Shown here piece after piece: positions 29,350-39,357 of a DNA stretch of 64,000 nucleotides (position 1 is the first letter of the stretch; the number at the start of each line of letters is the position of its first letter). The position numbers and the translations under genes were made by a program. The notes under the pieces were generated by a model. That model searched no databases. It had not been told where the DNA came from and saw only the letters and a list, made by a program, of their open reading frames with translations. The stretch is from Patescibacteria group bacterium (GTDB lineage: Bacteria; Patescibacteriota; UBA1384; DATEAH01): positions 27,770 through 91,769 of the forward strand of contig DATEAH010000006.1 in assembly GCA_035288465.1 (NCBI GenBank), written 5' to 3'.

Positions 29350-30543
29350 ATGGATTTATCTGAATTTAAAGAAAAACTTAACCATTGGTGGGCTTTCCCG
29401 TGTTGTGGTTGCGCATTAATTTTGGCATTAATTATAATTACCATCGCCGCTCTTGCTAGCACCTATACTAAATCACTTGGCGACCAAACCCCAGCTGGCG
29501 GCGGTGCTGGTGTTTGTAGTAACGTTCCTGCGCCATATGATAAAATTTTTGGTACCGCCGGAGACAAGTGGAAAGTTCAGCCAGGTTTTTTGGCAGCAAT
29601 TTTTGTTGCTGAACATGGACCAGTAATACGATATCGATCAGGATATAGTCCGGTTACTTCAAAAACTGCTGAATTTCCTGAAGCGGGTGGCGATCCCGAA
29701 GCAATAATAAAATGGGAAACATCCAGCGCTGGAGCCTTAGGTCCAATGCAATTTATGCCCGGAACATGGCCTGGTTATGCTCAAGATGCAAACGGAGATG
29801 GAAGCACCGATCCTCAAAATATTGTTGATGCCGCCTTTGCTTCTGCAAAATATTTAGCGATGGCCGGAGCTGGAGGAAATACTACCGACCTTGACAAGTT
29901 AAGAGATGCCGCCTCCCAATATAATAGCGGCCGACCATGGAGTCAGGGACAGAATATTAGAGAAACGAGCAGATATGTACCAAAAGTAATTAATAAGTTT
30001 CAACAATTCTATTGTGACGCAGGCGGCGCCGGTTATGCTGCAATAACAGGTAAAACATATTATCCTGTTAAGCCGCCGATTATTAGCTTTGGCAATAGCC
30101 GGCACCATTGCACACGAAATCGACCCTCTCCATGTAATCCTAATGGAACAGGACACAGTAAATTTCATAAAACTGGAGTTGCTATTGGGGATGCGGTTGA
30201 TTTAAAAAGTGGGGCTGGTAATCAAATTTATGCTATTTTTGACGGAGTGGCTGAAAAAAGATATACGAGGAGTGGTGGATTTAGTCACCTCAGGCTACAT
30301 TCTGCTTCAAATTCCGTAGTATTTGCAAATTATGCCCATATAAACGCAACCAAAACTGGAAGGGTTAATGCTGGAGACATAATTGGTTATTATGGAGTTG
30401 GGGCTGGACATCTCCATTTCGAATTGTGGCCGAATGAAGGCAAATCGATAGAAGGAGACCCCGCACGAGGAAGTGGCGCTGCTTATTGCAAATCAATTTG
30501 GGAAAATATGGCAAAATTCTTAGGATTAAGTCCATACCCATAA
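29350..30543 (+). CDS. Lytic transglycosylase (SLT-like) + M23-like peptidase, VirB1 analogue
   Basis: TM anchor; SSAGALGPMQFMPGTW, YNSG; AVDL...IYAIFDG...YAHI...HLHFE. Confidence 0.82.
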   Translation: MDLSEFKEKLNHWWAFPCCGCALILALIIITIAALASTYTKSLGDQTPAGGGAGVCSNVPAPYDKIFGTAGDKWKVQPGFLAAIFVAEHGPVIRYRSGYSPVTSKTAEFPEAGGDPEAIIKWETSSAGALGPMQFMPGTWPGYAQDANGDGSTDPQNIVDAAFASAKYLAMAGAGGNTTDLDKLRDAASQYNSGRPWSQGQNIRETSRYVPKVINKFQQFYCDAGGAGYAAITGKTYYPVKPPIISFGNSRHHCTRNRPSPCNPNGTGHSKFHKTGVAIGDAVDLKSGAGNQIYAIFDGVAEKRYTRSGGFSHLRLHSASNSVVFANYAHINATKTGRVNAGDIIGYYGVGAGHLHFELWPNEGKSIEGDPARGSGAAYCKSIWENMAKFLGLSPYP

Positions 30544-30553
30544 AGGAGGAAGG

Positions 30554-31639
30554 ATGAATAAAAAAACCATTATTTATATAACACTTGGCGGAATATTATT
30601 AGTTTTGATAATCTTGGCTATAATTTTTTCTAAAAATCAAGGCTATAATAATTTATTAAGCAAAAAAGCCACGACTAACATAAATAGTGAAAAAATTTTA
30701 AACAGAAAAATTTCTTATCCCTCCTTATTGAAAGAAAAAAATAATATATTATTTTTAGACATTGTTGAAGAAAAGTTAGGTGTGATTAATTTAGAAACCA
30801 AAGATTCTGAATTTATTTCACCTGATTTAAAATTGTTTGAATCATTATATGATATTATTTGGTCCCCCGAAGCCAAACAAGTATTTTTTAAGATAATTTA
30901 TAATGATAGTTTTAATAAGTGGGGTGGCTTCTTCTGGGAATCTAAAATTAAAGAAGGGGAAAATACAATCTGGCATTTTGATCTAAATGAAAACAAACCA
31001 AAAATACTTCAAAACAATATTGTAGATTTACTATGGTTGTCTGAATCTCAAATTATGTATATTTATCAAGAAAATAATAAAAGCAAATCCTTGTATAAGA
31101 GTAACCCCCAACTTACCAACCAACAAAAATTGTTCAATTTGCCTAACGAGGCCTTTGAATTGTTAAATTATAATCGACAGACTAATATTTTATACTACTC
31201 CAGATCTATACAATCCATAGGGGGAGGTTTTGACATCTATAAACTCAATCTAAATACAGGAAAAGAAGAAAAAATTCTAGGCGGAATTAGGCAAATATTT
31301 ATTTCGCCTGATCAAAGATTTATTGTTTATGGTAAATATGAAGAAGATGACCAAACTTATTTACTTAAAGTAGATGGAAATCAAATCAATAAAATGGATT
31401 TTATCCCCAATGAATGTATTTTTTACATTAAAGATAATAAGCCCCATGCTCTTCTGTCAGGACTCAAAAAAAATGATCCTTTATTGGGAATGATAGATTT
31501 AAATGAGGGGAAAATAATAAAATATATTTATTCAAATAAAGATATAAAATTTTACGAAAATCTAATACTATCCCGTGACGGCAAAGCTTTGTATTTCACA
31601 TCAGATGATTATTTATATAAAATGGAAATAGCAGAATAA
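30554..31639 (+). CDS. Membrane-anchored TolB-like beta-propeller protein
   Basis: N-terminal TM; WSPE, ISPDQR, LSRDGK repeats. Confidence 0.65.
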   Translation: MNKKTIIYITLGGILLVLIILAIIFSKNQGYNNLLSKKATTNINSEKILNRKISYPSLLKEKNNILFLDIVEEKLGVINLETKDSEFISPDLKLFESLYDIIWSPEAKQVFFKIIYNDSFNKWGGFFWESKIKEGENTIWHFDLNENKPKILQNNIVDLLWLSESQIMYIYQENNKSKSLYKSNPQLTNQQKLFNLPNEAFELLNYNRQTNILYYSRSIQSIGGGFDIYKLNLNTGKEEKILGGIRQIFISPDQRFIVYGKYEEDDQTYLLKVDGNQINKMDFIPNECIFYIKDNKPHALLSGLKKNDPLLGMIDLNEGKIIKYIYSNKDIKFYENLILSRDGKALYFTSDDYLYKMEIAE

Positions 31640-31772
31640 AAAATTCTAAATCCTGAATCCGAGATCCTAAACAAATTCTAATTTTCCAAATTACAAATTT
31701 CAAACAAGTTTGAGATTTAAAACATTGGAATTTAAATATTGTTTAGAAATTAGTGCTTAGGATTTCGAATTT
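31640..31772. repeat. ORF-less heptamer hairpin element
   Basis: aaattctaaatcctgaatccgagatcctaaacaaatt ... ttgtttagaaattagtgcttaggatttcgaattt; then cctgccttcggcggg and SD. Confidence 0.75.
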
Positions 31773-31803
31773 ATCCTGCCTTCGGCGGGACTAAGGAGGG
31801 GTT

Positions 31804-33759
31804 TTGGCAAACAGCGATAATGACGACAAAAAATCACAACTCTCAGCCAAAGAGCTCGAATTATATTTAAAAGAAAAACACGTTCAAACTCCTGCAGATG
31901 AGGAAACTAAACAAATAGAAGGAAAGGACGAAAAAGAAGGAGAAGAAACTGCGGGAGAAGACAAGCTCGAAGAACAAGGCATTAAAATCGAGTCTGTTTC
32001 TGGTGGACCAAAATTTAACCCGCCAGCCCTAAATAAACCAGTTCAACCTGGCACAGAATTAGGTCCCAAGCCAATTAATGTTAATGAGGATTTTAGGCCA
32101 AAATCACCAACCACGGCCCAACCGCAACCGACTCCTCCTGCTCCAGCAGTAACTGCCCCAACGCCAACGCCCACAACGCCAACTTCAACCACCACTACAC
32201 CGACCACAACACCAAGCCCTAAAGAACCGGTAATGCCAGCAGGTGCACCAGTAGTTGTTCCCGCACCTCAAAAACCTAGCACCCCAGAACCGGTTTCTAA
32301 CTCAAAATATTTAAATATTTCCACGCCTGAATCCAATAAAAAATCAGCTGAAACCAACAAACTTCCGTATACTACCCCCGAGCAAGATTCAAACATAGAT
32401 AAAGAAAAACCCTCGGCATTGGGAAAAGTTTTTAAAATATTTTTAATCATAATTCTTTTGGCAGGATTGGGTGGTGGTACTTGGTGGTATTTTTTGGCAC
32501 CAGGTTATTTGAATTTAACCGTGAATCCACCTGGCGCAACAATTCAGGTTGATAATAATAAAACCTCTGATACAAAAACCAAGCTCAAGCCTGGTTCTCA
32601 CACCCTAACGGTTCAAAAGCAAGGTTATGTTAATTATTCAAAACAAATTAACATTAAAAGGCTCCAAACCATCCAATTATCCGTAGAATTAATGAAAAAT
32701 CCTGCTCCGGCAAAAGTCTCCTCGACACAAATTAGTAATTTTTTTACCGATAAAGACGGCTTAGTGGTTTTAGGCAATAACGGCAAAACATTATACAAAA
32801 TAGAATCCGAAACTACCACGACTAATACTTCGAGCTCAAACAGCGATAGCTCCGAATTGACACAAAAGGCGATCAGTCCTGACAACCTGGGCGGAATCGA
32901 GGATATAATCTGGCACCCCAAAGAAAACCTGGCGATTATGAAAATTAAACAGAATAAGGCGGCCTTGGCAACAACGCTTTTTGCCAATAAAAGTGTGGCT
33001 AACGACCAAATTATGACTTATTTATTTGATTTTAAGCGTTATGATTTGGTTAATCAGGAAGTAACTTTTTGGGGAACCGATATTGGCGATATTGTCTGGT
33101 CACCCAGTGGGGAAAATATTTATTATTCATATGCACCAGCTTCTGGAGAAAAAACGCTGATCTCTGCCTCTAAAAACAATCAAAATTTAGAAAGATTGCT
33201 CAACTTCAAAGAAAGTAAAATTGAAAATCCAAATATTTCAATTTCTGCCGACGGTAAGTATTTATTAATCGTCTCGCATTCTTCGAATTATGATTCTAAT
33301 GAGGTGTATTTATTTGAAATTGTCACCAAGCAATTAACCAAATTAACCACCGGCGGGCATAAAATCAAGGCTAAATTTAGCCCAAATAGCCAGCAAATTT
33401 TATACACTTCTTACGGCGCCAACGACATTGAACCTACCGAATATTCGACCCTTGGAGTTGTTAATGTGACCACCAAAAAAACTAAAGCATTAAACGCACG
33501 TGCCACCACTGATCGAGCTGATTTTACCACAGATTCAAAATATATTTTGGCGGCGGTCTCGGTGGGAACTAATAAAAATGATGTCTTTGTTAAAATTGAT
33601 CCTGAAACTGTGGCTAAAACCGAGTTACCAATAGAAATGTCCTCAACACCACCAGACAACAGCAAACTAATTAAACCCGCTAAAGTGATTTTTATCGAAA
33701 ATAAGGCATATTATATTTATTTAGGGAATTTATATAGTCTTAATTTAGTAAATATATAG
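31804..33759 (+). CDS. PEGA-domain / beta-propeller membrane protein with disordered N-terminus
   Basis: P/T-rich linker, TM, PEGA-like VNPPGATIQVD...PGSHTLTVQKQGY, WSPSG/ISADGK/FSPNS repeats. Confidence 0.75.
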   Translation: MANSDNDDKKSQLSAKELELYLKEKHVQTPADEETKQIEGKDEKEGEETAGEDKLEEQGIKIESVSGGPKFNPPALNKPVQPGTELGPKPINVNEDFRPKSPTTAQPQPTPPAPAVTAPTPTPTTPTSTTTTPTTTPSPKEPVMPAGAPVVVPAPQKPSTPEPVSNSKYLNISTPESNKKSAETNKLPYTTPEQDSNIDKEKPSALGKVFKIFLIIILLAGLGGGTWWYFLAPGYLNLTVNPPGATIQVDNNKTSDTKTKLKPGSHTLTVQKQGYVNYSKQINIKRLQTIQLSVELMKNPAPAKVSSTQISNFFTDKDGLVVLGNNGKTLYKIESETTTTNTSSSNSDSSELTQKAISPDNLGGIEDIIWHPKENLAIMKIKQNKAALATTLFANKSVANDQIMTYLFDFKRYDLVNQEVTFWGTDIGDIVWSPSGENIYYSYAPASGEKTLISASKNNQNLERLLNFKESKIENPNISISADGKYLLIVSHSSNYDSNEVYLFEIVTKQLTKLTTGGHKIKAKFSPNSQQILYTSYGANDIEPTEYSTLGVVNVTTKKTKALNARATTDRADFTTDSKYILAAVSVGTNKNDVFVKIDPETVAKTELPIEMSSTPPDNSKLIKPAKVIFIENKAYYIYLGNLYSLNLVNI

Positions 33760-33766
33760 GGGCAAA

Positions 33767-36466
33767 ATGGCAGATGATGACCAAAATTTATTATCGACGC
33801 CAGGAGCTGATGATTCAGAAGAACCGGCGGGAGGGGAAACAAATCAAGAACCAGAACCGCAAATAGATTCAAACCGAGGTCCAGACGTGCGGGATAGATT
33901 GCAACAATGGGGAAAAAATCGAAAAGAAAAACAAGCAGCTAAAAAAGCCGCCAAAACTGTAGCTAAAACCGGTGAAAAAGCGGTTGAGGGTGCAGCAAAA
34001 AAGGGCGCTGCGACCACAGCCAAGGCTGGCGCTCGTGCGGCGGCACAAGCTGTGGGCACGGCGGTTTTGGATGCTCTTGGCGTGGCCACTTCTGAGGCTT
34101 GGGTGCCAATTTTAATTGGGATAATAATTCTGGTGGTTGGTTTTATTGTTTTAATAATTTTAATCATCGTTATTTTTTGGCTTTTGCGGGGCGGGGCCGG
34201 CCAATCCGCATATATGAGTGCGGGCGATCCAATTAATGGCCCAAATGCGGCAGTTTATGCAGATATGAAAAATTTAATTGATAAAGGCAAAATTGTCGCG
34301 CCCTCAGAATCCCCGGAACCCGATAAGACCGAGGTTCCTTCAGAAAAAGAATTTTTATTAGGGAAAAAACATCCCACGGTTGGCCATGTTGATGTCAGGC
34401 TCTTAAAATCCCTGGTTTATTTGGGCGAAAAACACGAACGTATTTACGTTCGTAATGTTTTATATCCTTATGTTTATATGCCCGTCAATACCATTGAGAC
34501 CAAAAATACCAAAGACAACACCTTTGAAAAATCAATTTCTGCCCATAAAGAGGGTAAAGCCGCAGATATTAGCCAAATTGACAAGGGTTGTAAGAAAAAC
34601 TTAGAGGTCTCATGGCAAGATGATCCGGTCCAAACTGAAACCGAGGATCGCGGTATCCAACGCGACGAGGCAATCAATATTTTAGAAGAATCAATGGGCT
34701 TGGCCCAAAATAGCCTTGAGGGTAAAAACTTTGAAGAGATTTTACAGAACACTGGCCAGGCTGAATTAGAAAGATATTTCAAGCTTGAACCGGGCAGTTT
34801 AGACGGCAAGGATTTAAACGAGGTGATTAGTAACTGGGGACAAAGAGAATTTAATGAAAAGTTGAATTTGCCTTACGAAGTTAACGGTGTAAATTTTGAT
34901 CAATATGTCATTGATCTGGCGCAAACCAAAATTGAGGAGGTTTTCGGCTTACCCAATGAAAGCTTGCGCGGTCAAAATTTACAAGAAATTGCCATTAATC
35001 TGGGACAGACTAAAATTGAAAAAGAACTCGGCTTACCGGCCGGCACCCTTACCAATAAAGACAGCTTAAAATTTTATGCCCAAAATAAATGGGGCGACCA
35101 AGTTGATGAAAATCTGCTTAAAATCGCTGCGGATTTAGACCTTGCTCAATTGGGTTTATCCGAGAGAATTTTAATTGATTTATTCCATAAAGCCGAAGCT
35201 GGACAGGATCTTTCTTTTGAATTAAAAAATATTGGTGGTGCGGTTTTGGCAAATTCTCTTGATTTGCCACAAGGTACTAATATTTTTACAAATTATATGA
35301 TTGCACCGGATCCTGGTGGTTTCTCAATTGATTATCAGCAAACCATTGTCAATCAATTTTGGCAAAGTGTCACCGATGCCGAAATAGGATCTGGACTACC
35401 AGAAGGAAGCATTAAAAATTTCCTAAACGCAATGGCAAAAGGCGAAAATCCCCAAGATTATTTTAGAAATATCGGCAGCGATATTATTGATAATAATATT
35501 GGCTGGAAGGCTCGAACTGCCTATCAGCTGGCGACGGGCGCGATTGGGGTGGAACAAGCCCTGGCCAATACTGATTATTCAATTTCTGATCTGTCAGCCC
35601 GATGGAATGTCTCCGAACAATCGGTGAGAAATTTTTTATCAGGTAATATTAGCGCCGCGATTAAAGAAGAAGGCCAGCTCAGGCTTTCCTCGACCTTTAA
35701 TCTTCCCTATGATTTGGCGGGTGATTTAATTAATGGCAGAATAAATTATCAAACCGCCTTAAGTCTTGCCGGTATCAACTTAAATGATTTAGCCAAACAG
35801 TGGGATGTGCCAATTAATTCCTTAACAAGTTTTATGTCTGGGGATATAAAGGGTGCGGCAACTTCTTATGGAATTCAGATTATGAAGGAGAATTTTAAAA
35901 TGTCTGATGCGCAGATTAATGCCGCCCTTACCCTAATTCAAACCGGCGACATTAAGGGCGCTGCTGAACAATTTGCTAAAAACTATGCTCTAAACGCGAT
36001 TGGCGTTGCCTTCGGTTTGCCGCCTGGCACGATTCAGGCGGTGTTAATGGTGATTGAAAATCCAGAACTACTCTTAAATCCTTTAAAACAATTAGGCTCG
36101 ATGGCAAAAGAAGCGATTAGCGGCATTAGCAAAACCATCAAAAGTATTTTAAGTTTTGGCGGAATTTTCGGCCGAAAAAAATGCAGCACGCGCGACAAGG
36201 TGAGAGCAAAAATTCATCAAGTTACTAAAGAATTATTAGAAATGCCTGCGGCGAATATTCCAAAACTTGGTTTGCCTGACCGGTCCGAAATGAGGGTGAC
36301 GCAACTAATTGTCTGGAGCTATGAACGCGACGTGATGCCACTTGAAATTGGGACCGAGCAACCGACCTTAGATTATGTGTATGGCACCGGTCGGCAACCA
36401 AATTATGGACTTTTTGCGACAAAGGGTAATAATTATTTACTTGATCATATTCACGTTGGTTACTAA
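33767..36466 (+). CDS. Large membrane-anchored protein with split LAS/M15-like peptidase motif and helical repeats
   Basis: TM; SAHKEGKAADIS (H-x6-D) and C-terminal DHIHVGY; LGLPAGTL-type repeats in between. Confidence 0.55.
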   Translation: MADDDQNLLSTPGADDSEEPAGGETNQEPEPQIDSNRGPDVRDRLQQWGKNRKEKQAAKKAAKTVAKTGEKAVEGAAKKGAATTAKAGARAAAQAVGTAVLDALGVATSEAWVPILIGIIILVVGFIVLIILIIVIFWLLRGGAGQSAYMSAGDPINGPNAAVYADMKNLIDKGKIVAPSESPEPDKTEVPSEKEFLLGKKHPTVGHVDVRLLKSLVYLGEKHERIYVRNVLYPYVYMPVNTIETKNTKDNTFEKSISAHKEGKAADISQIDKGCKKNLEVSWQDDPVQTETEDRGIQRDEAINILEESMGLAQNSLEGKNFEEILQNTGQAELERYFKLEPGSLDGKDLNEVISNWGQREFNEKLNLPYEVNGVNFDQYVIDLAQTKIEEVFGLPNESLRGQNLQEIAINLGQTKIEKELGLPAGTLTNKDSLKFYAQNKWGDQVDENLLKIAADLDLAQLGLSERILIDLFHKAEAGQDLSFELKNIGGAVLANSLDLPQGTNIFTNYMIAPDPGGFSIDYQQTIVNQFWQSVTDAEIGSGLPEGSIKNFLNAMAKGENPQDYFRNIGSDIIDNNIGWKARTAYQLATGAIGVEQALANTDYSISDLSARWNVSEQSVRNFLSGNISAAIKEEGQLRLSSTFNLPYDLAGDLINGRINYQTALSLAGINLNDLAKQWDVPINSLTSFMSGDIKGAATSYGIQIMKENFKMSDAQINAALTLIQTGDIKGAAEQFAKNYALNAIGVAFGLPPGTIQAVLMVIENPELLLNPLKQLGSMAKEAISGISKTIKSILSFGGIFGRKKCSTRDKVRAKIHQVTKELLEMPAANIPKLGLPDRSEMRVTQLIVWSYERDVMPLEIGTEQPTLDYVYGTGRQPNYGLFATKGNNYLLDHIHVGY

Positions 36467-36474
36467 GATCATTT

Positions 36475-36569
36475 AATAAACAGCTAACAGTAAATGATTA
36501 ACAATAAATAAATCAAGCGGCAATGTTTAATATTGTTAATTATTAATTGTTGGTTGCTTATTGTTTATA
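36475..36569. repeat. ORF-less periodic hairpin between convergent genes
   Basis: taataaacagctaacagtaaatgattaacaata ... tattgttaattattaattgttggttgcttattgttta. Confidence 0.5.
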
Positions 36570-36845
36570 GATCTTTGTTCTAATGTGCCGGATGAGATCT
36601 TTTTTTAATTTATGGTTAATTTTTTTAATTAATTCCGCAGACTTAAAACGAATTTCTCCGGCGAGAATTGGATGAGAGGTTTGTAAAACCAAAGTATTAT
36701 TTTTAAAAGATGCGGCGCTAATTTCGTCATTTTTTATTATTTCATCAATGACTTGCTGAGCGCAATAACAAACCCAGGCTGATTCAATCGGAGATTGGCC
36801 TTTTTTCTTTTTGTTTAAAATATTTTCAATTTTATCAAAAGACAT
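36558..36845 (-). CDS. DciA/DUF721 family protein
   Basis: FKNNTLVLQTSHPILAGEIRF...LIKKIN; downstream of recF. Confidence 0.75.
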   Translation of the reverse strand: MSFDKIENILNKKKKGQSPIESAWVCYCAQQVIDEIIKNDEISAASFKNNTLVLQTSHPILAGEIRFKSAELIKKINHKLKKDLIRHIRTKIYKQ

Positions 36846-36855
36846 TTTTGTCCTT

Positions 36856-37938
36856 TTATAATTTAATAATTTTAGCTTTCTTTTTTAAACTTTCTGGGAC
36901 GGTTTTTAAATCGCAGCTGCTAATAATGGTTTGGGCAGATTGGGCAACCTGCACCAAAAAATTACGGCGCTGTTCGTCTAATTCCGAAAAAGCATCATCC
37001 AATAATAATAGCGGGTAATTGTCATCTTCAACCAAAAAATCTACTTCAGCCATTTTTAAAGCCAAAACCGCAGTTCTGATTTCGCCTCTTGAGCCGAAAT
37101 GATTAATATTTTTGTCATCAATTTTAAAAATCAAGTTGTCCCGTTGTGGACCAACAATGGTTTTTTGGAAAATAATTTCCCGCTGTTGGAAGAGCTTAAG
37201 TTTTTCGCTAAATTTAGCTTTGATATCGGCAAGGTTTTTGCCGGTTAATGTATTTTTATATTCAATTTTTAAAGCTTGATTTTTACCGGCAATTTCTTGA
37301 TATTTTTCGGAAAGGTGGCGATTAAATTTAGAAATCAATTCTTGCCTTGATAAAATAATAAAACCGCCATAATCAATTAATTCCTGAGACCAAAAGTCTA
37401 ATTCCCCCACCCTGGCTAATCCCTGATTAATTTTTGCCAAAATAATATTACGGTTTTTTAAAACCCTCATAAAATACAATAAATACTTGGCATATTTGGG
37501 ATCGTGCTGGCAAATCAAAAAATCCAAAAAACGGCGCCTAAAGCTCGGCGCGCCCAAGACTATATCTAAGCTTTCCGGAGAAAACATCACAGTTTTTAAT
37601 TTTCCGATTACAAAAAAGAGTTTTCGGGCTCGATCGTCAATTTTGACGATTTTGGGTAGTTTTCGGTCAGGCCTCAAATCAATCATAAATTCAATTTTAA
37701 GTTTTTTATCATTATCCTTAATTCGAGCTTCAAGTCTGGCAAAATCCTTACCCCACAAAACTAAATCTGAATTTTTAGCGGGACGGAAAGACTTTGTCGA
37801 TGATAATAAATAAATCGCTTCCAAAAGATTAGTTTTGCCACGACCGTTTGGACCAGTAATAATATTAAATTGAGAAAAATCAAGACTGAATTTGGCAAAA
37901 TTGCGAAAATTCGTCAAGTTTAGTTTTTTTAAAAACAT
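36856..37938 (-). CDS. recF: DNA replication/repair protein RecF
   Basis: NFRNF, GPNGRGKTNLLEAI, GPQRD, GSRGE, LLLDDAFSELD. Confidence 0.95.
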   Translation of the reverse strand: MFLKKLNLTNFRNFAKFSLDFSQFNIITGPNGRGKTNLLEAIYLLSSTKSFRPAKNSDLVLWGKDFARLEARIKDNDKKLKIEFMIDLRPDRKLPKIVKIDDRARKLFFVIGKLKTVMFSPESLDIVLGAPSFRRRFLDFLICQHDPKYAKYLLYFMRVLKNRNIILAKINQGLARVGELDFWSQELIDYGGFIILSRQELISKFNRHLSEKYQEIAGKNQALKIEYKNTLTGKNLADIKAKFSEKLKLFQQREIIFQKTIVGPQRDNLIFKIDDKNINHFGSRGEIRTAVLALKMAEVDFLVEDDNYPLLLLDDAFSELDEQRRNFLVQVAQSAQTIISSCDLKTVPESLKKKAKIIKL

Positions 37939-37942
37939 TTTG

Positions 37943-39055
37943 TTATTCTTCGGTTCTTAGCGGCATAATAATGTAAAAATAGTCTTTTGAATCTTCTAAA
38001 TATAATTTAGCAGGACTCAAGTTTCCCGAAAAATCAAAATTAATTTTGCCTTTTTTAAGCGCTGACATACCATCAAAAATAAATTTTGCGTTAAAAGAAA
38101 CTTCTAAATCACTGCCGGTAATCTCTGCGGCGGCGCTGGCTTTTGAGGTTCCGATCTGTTCAGCACGGGCCGAGATTATCATTTGGTTTGGGGCTTTTAG
38201 TTTGATTTTAATATTATTAGCAGATTCTTTAGCAAATAAGCTGGCAATTTTTAGGGCTGATTGGAGATCTTCAAAATTAATTTTTACTTTAGCGGTGTAT
38301 TTGGTGGGAATAATTTGTTCATAATCTGGAAAGTTACCTTCAATTAATCTTGAAATTACTTCAATATCTTCATTAATGGCAAATCTGATTTGATTTTCCG
38401 AAACTGAAACCTGAACATTTTCAGACGAAACAGCACCTAAGATTCGACCAATTTCTGAAACTGCTTTTAGGGGCACAATTACTGAATAATCTTTACCAAC
38501 AGCTTTTTCTAAAGGAATGGTTTTTTCCGCTAAACGGTAGCTATCTGTGGCGACTAATTTTAATTTATCTTTGATAAATTTAAAACAAACTCCAGATAAA
38601 ACTGGCCTAGTCTCATCCATGGCGGTCGCGCTCACTACTTGTGGGATGGCTTCTTCTAAAATTTTTCCTGAAATGGCGCAAGTTGGTTTTTCGGAAATTT
38701 CCGGAATTAAAGGAAAATCATCAGCCGCAGTGCCTTGTAAAGTAGCGGAGTATTTTTCACTTTTTAAATCAATTTTAAAATCAGTTTGTTCAAGATCTAT
38801 TTTTTTATCATTACAAGATGAGACAAATTCACTAAAAATTTTTGCCGGTAAGGTGATTTTGCCTGGTTTTTCGATTTTGGCGCCAATCCAGATATTAATC
38901 CCAATTTCTAAATCAGTGACTGATAATTTTAACCTACCTTCATCGGTTGATAATAAAACATTACTTAATATAGGAAGAGTAATTTTAGGGGTGACAACTC
39001 GACCAACTAAATTTAAACCGTGATGTAAATTTTCTTGTGTGCATGATAATTTCAT
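37943..39055 (-). CDS. dnaN: DNA polymerase III beta clamp
   Basis: LPILSNVL, ATDSYRLA, SRLIEGNFPDY, IMPLR. Confidence 0.96.
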   Translation of the reverse strand: MKLSCTQENLHHGLNLVGRVVTPKITLPILSNVLLSTDEGRLKLSVTDLEIGINIWIGAKIEKPGKITLPAKIFSEFVSSCNDKKIDLEQTDFKIDLKSEKYSATLQGTAADDFPLIPEISEKPTCAISGKILEEAIPQVVSATAMDETRPVLSGVCFKFIKDKLKLVATDSYRLAEKTIPLEKAVGKDYSVIVPLKAVSEIGRILGAVSSENVQVSVSENQIRFAINEDIEVISRLIEGNFPDYEQIIPTKYTAKVKINFEDLQSALKIASLFAKESANNIKIKLKAPNQMIISARAEQIGTSKASAAAEITGSDLEVSFNAKFIFDGMSALKKGKINFDFSGNLSPAKLYLEDSKDYFYIIMPLRTEE

Positions 39056-39094
39056 TTTTTTATTCTCCTTTTTAGGGTTGGTTCTAAATCTTAT

Positions 39095-39356
39095 TTATCC
39101 ACAGGTTTATGTTTAATTTAAAAGTAATTAAATAAATTAGTAGTAATAATAAGGGTTAAAAAAACAGTGGATAACTAGGTTTTTAAATAAGAATTAAGGT
39201 GGATAATATGAGGACAATTTAAACCTAAATTATGGATAAGATGAGGATAATTTGTGGATAAGATTATCCATAATATTTTTTATTTTTTAGAGTTTGATAT
39301 TAATTTTTATTTAAGTGTTAAATCTTCCACAACTTATCCACAAGTTCTGTGGATAA
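39095..39356. other. Replication origin oriC (dnaA-dnaN intergenic)
   Basis: Multiple DnaA boxes (TTATCCACA 39095, AGTGGATAA 39166, TGTGGATAA ~39253 and ~39348, TTATCCACA ~39334) and TAG-TAG-TAA-TAA-TAA trio run at 39138-39152. Confidence 0.88.
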
Positions 39357-39357
39357 G

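Noticed and set aside
15243-31772. CRISPR array interpretation of the periodic repeats
   Set aside because: Units are degenerate 7-mers in inverted arms; there are no constant 25-40 nt repeats with spacers and no cas genes
32100-32290. Pro/Thr-rich low-complexity tract as a DNA repeat element
   Set aside because: Ordinary disordered linker coding sequence with varied codons
38046-39023. Antisense ORFs over dnaN and similar shadows over polA, murE, pilB and others
   Set aside because: Shadow frames of well-supported genes
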